Below are positions 61,264 to 64,000 of a stretch of DNA of 64,000 bases, one piece after another (the first letter of the stretch is position 1; each line of letters begins with the position of its first letter). The stretch is taken from NCBI RefSeq assembly GCF_009914755.1, contig NC_060928.1; one strand, written 5' to 3'. The notes under the pieces are model-generated. The model saw nothing but the letters and a program-made list of their open reading frames with translations. It was not told where the DNA came from and made no database searches. This stretch comes from the human T2T-CHM13v2.0 reference genome, Homo sapiens. Both the position numbers and the translations under genes were made by a program.

Positions 61264-64000
61264 AAGATTGTCTTCTAAAGTATCAACAATATTACAGAAA
61301 TCTGTATCAGCCATGACCCAATTATTGTCATTACATTTTTATTCTTCATTTTTTATTACCACCCCCCCATAGTTTATAAAGTCTAATGATCAAGAGTTTA
61401 CAATGAACAGGAAATCTATTTGTATTTATCTCACAGGTACATCATCTCCCAGTTCTATGGAGATATAATCATGTGGAGATCACACAAGTATTCTGCCCTT
61501 CAGTTTCTATTTTTTTAAAAAGGGAATAAGAATATAACATCTCTTGGAAACTAGCAACATGAAGCAATCAAAGGTTAAGGTTAAGAGCTTGCATATGGGG
61601 GCTTGCTTTATTGCTGTTATAGTAATTCTAAAACCATTCATACAAATAGACGGGTCTAGGCTCTCAGGCTTCCTAGCCTTCCTAACTGAAGCCACCATAA
61701 ACGAGTCAGTCCTAAATGACAAATCAGCTAGCCAAAGACACTCAGGCAAGCTCAGGCAAGATCAGTCAAACTTGGCCTAGATCAGAGAAAAATGCCCATG
61801 TGAATTCAATACAAATACCCAATTTGCAGAATGTAAGCTTTCATGGTCATTTTAAGCCTCTAAAATGTTGGAGTGTCATAAAGCAAAAGCTAGCTGATAA
61901 ACTAGCTTATGACACACAAAGTTTTCATTCTTTATTATGCGTAATACTCCAGTTTGCCCAATGCCCTCCAACAAAATGTGGACTCTGGGTTGATCTATAT
62001 TTCTGTAAAGCCTTATTAAAGTTCTCCATTAATCAAAAGCCATCTATTACATGTCTTTACTCCTTAACACCACAAAGAATTAACAAGCATTGAAACCATA
62101 TTTTACCAATTAATCTCATAAGATTCTTAGGCAAGTTTCACCTTTCCAGCAATCACTATAAGTTGAAATACTGTTTAAACTTTTTTTTTCTAGAGAAAAG
62201 TTCCAAGGTCATATATTTATTATTTTGTTTTAATTTGTGTTCCAATAAAGTCTTCCTACATCCATGTTAACTTCTGATATATCCTATCAATTATGCAATA
62301 TCTTTTTTAAAAAGTGCCAGATAATATTGCGTTACAGTGTCTGAGTCTTCCAAAACTTAGTTGTCACCATTCTCCTGTCGCTAATGCAGAAAGAAATCAG
62401 TTAAGTTGTCTTCAAAATTCCAAGAAAATGTAAGCTCAAATAATCTGCTTTAACTTCTATTCTAAATGAAGAGGAAAAAAATTTAAAACGGAAACCTGTT
62501 TTTATATGTCATTTTAAAAGGCCTTCATACAATTTTATCAATAAACACTATGGATAAGAAGCTATTATGAAGTTACAAACACTCTTGGCTGTAGACACCA
62601 AAAGGTCATATGTGCGTGTATTCAGTCAGCCCAGTTTGAAACTAAGCTCAATTTCTTTCAGACATCACAGCTGGATGCAAGGTACTAATAAGGAAACCTA
62701 TTATTTCAAGATGTGCACTGGCAATTGTAATTTTATTGTTTTGCATTCCATCTGTAGCACAGGCAACTGCCTGAATATAGCCAGTACAGTGGCATAGGCT
62801 GGTCCTTATTTCTGGATTTAGTTTTGTCTTTTGTGCATGCTATTTCAAACTGTGCTACTACCAACTCAATACAGATCTATTGACCTGCAAATATAATTAC
62901 ATATTTGATCATTAAATTGACAAAGTAAATTAACTTTTAATGGGTGACATTATTCATTGTACATTAGAAAAATGAAAATCTTGACAAAAATGTGTTTCAT
63001 TCTACACTGACTTCTTGTTAAATTGGTATTTTGACCAACCAACACAATCCTTTCGTTGCCAAGGAATACTGAAACTGCATGACATGAGTCACTGTCTAAA
63101 CTAAAATAAAAGAAATATTATATAATTAACTCCATATGGCTTTTTTCTTGACTCATTTGATAAAGGCCAAATTCTTACACTTTTTGCAATTAAATATCTC
63201 AAAATAAATAACCTTTAAAGAATTATAAAATTAACCTGCAAATTCAATATAAGAATATTTGGAAATATGTAGTCAAGAACATTCTGATAATAATACTTAT
63301 TTATTAATAATTTATCTATAAAGTCACAACTACAGCAGAGTTAATAACATTGTTTCAAGTTCCAGAAAAACAAAGAAATAAGGGCTTATATATTTTAGTA
63401 GAAAATGATGCAAATTTTCCACAGAGCTTTAATAATATCCTGGATTTTAAAGAGAATTTCTAAAACATTCTTAAATATTTGATAATAATTTATAATCTTA
63501 AATAAAACAGAAACTAAAAATGAGAAGTCTTTGGTTTAATTCCTACTTCTGTTACCAACTTAAATTTTTGTTTATGTAATAGTGACAGTGATGATTTCCA
63601 GGTATTTTAATTTTCTAATTAAATATAATAGCTGTTAGGATACCTTTATCATAGACTGTTAATCATCTAAATCACATTTAGACTTTCTATACAGTTTTAG
63701 TTAACACATTTTAAACTTTTTCAAAAGGGATTTGTAGAGACAAGTCGGTCATGTCATGTTCCTTCCATATTTATAATTCTGATAGTACATGATATAAATG
63801 CCTTAAACTATTTCCGAACTGAAAGCTAAATAAGCAAAAATGTTTACTATGTAGCATTCTAGTGACTTCAAACTTTCTTAATCACATCCTATAAATAAGA
63901 AATACTTTTTAAATACTGAATCAGTACACACATATATACATGCACACACACACAGAGCACATACATATAATGTATACTATACAAAAGTAAAAGGTTTCCA

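Noticed and set aside
61741-61770. ctcaggcaag ctcaggcaag atcagtcaaa short triplication
   Set aside because: Ordinary 10-bp slippage duplication with no further structure.

Overview
AT-rich primate genomic DNA, most likely hominoid because it carries AluY-like and young L1PA2-like insertions. It looks intergenic or deep-intronic. I find no host protein-coding exon, RNA gene, CpG island or prokaryotic system. The recognisable content is interspersed repeats: a full-length, TSD-flanked old L1PA (54767-61263, minus), a ~7 kb L1MA (minus), a young 5'-truncated L1PA (plus), HAL1, three Alus, seven MaLR and one ERVL solo LTRs, DNA-transposon relics (Charlie3/MER1 with a BED-finger remnant, Tigger1, MER8, MER3, MER5A, MER20), MIR/L2/L3 fragments and two palindromic minisatellites. 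ORFs in the track with recognisable content are L1/Alu remnants or repeat artefacts, and the rest look like chance ORFs. I see no evidence for a new biological system. The most interesting signals are small mutational scars: a 48-bp templated copy 2 kb from its twin, a hairpin-forming template-switch insertion inside L1, and a probable 19-nt L1 3' transduction. Subfamily names come from recalled consensus sequences and need RepeatMasker/Dfam confirmation.
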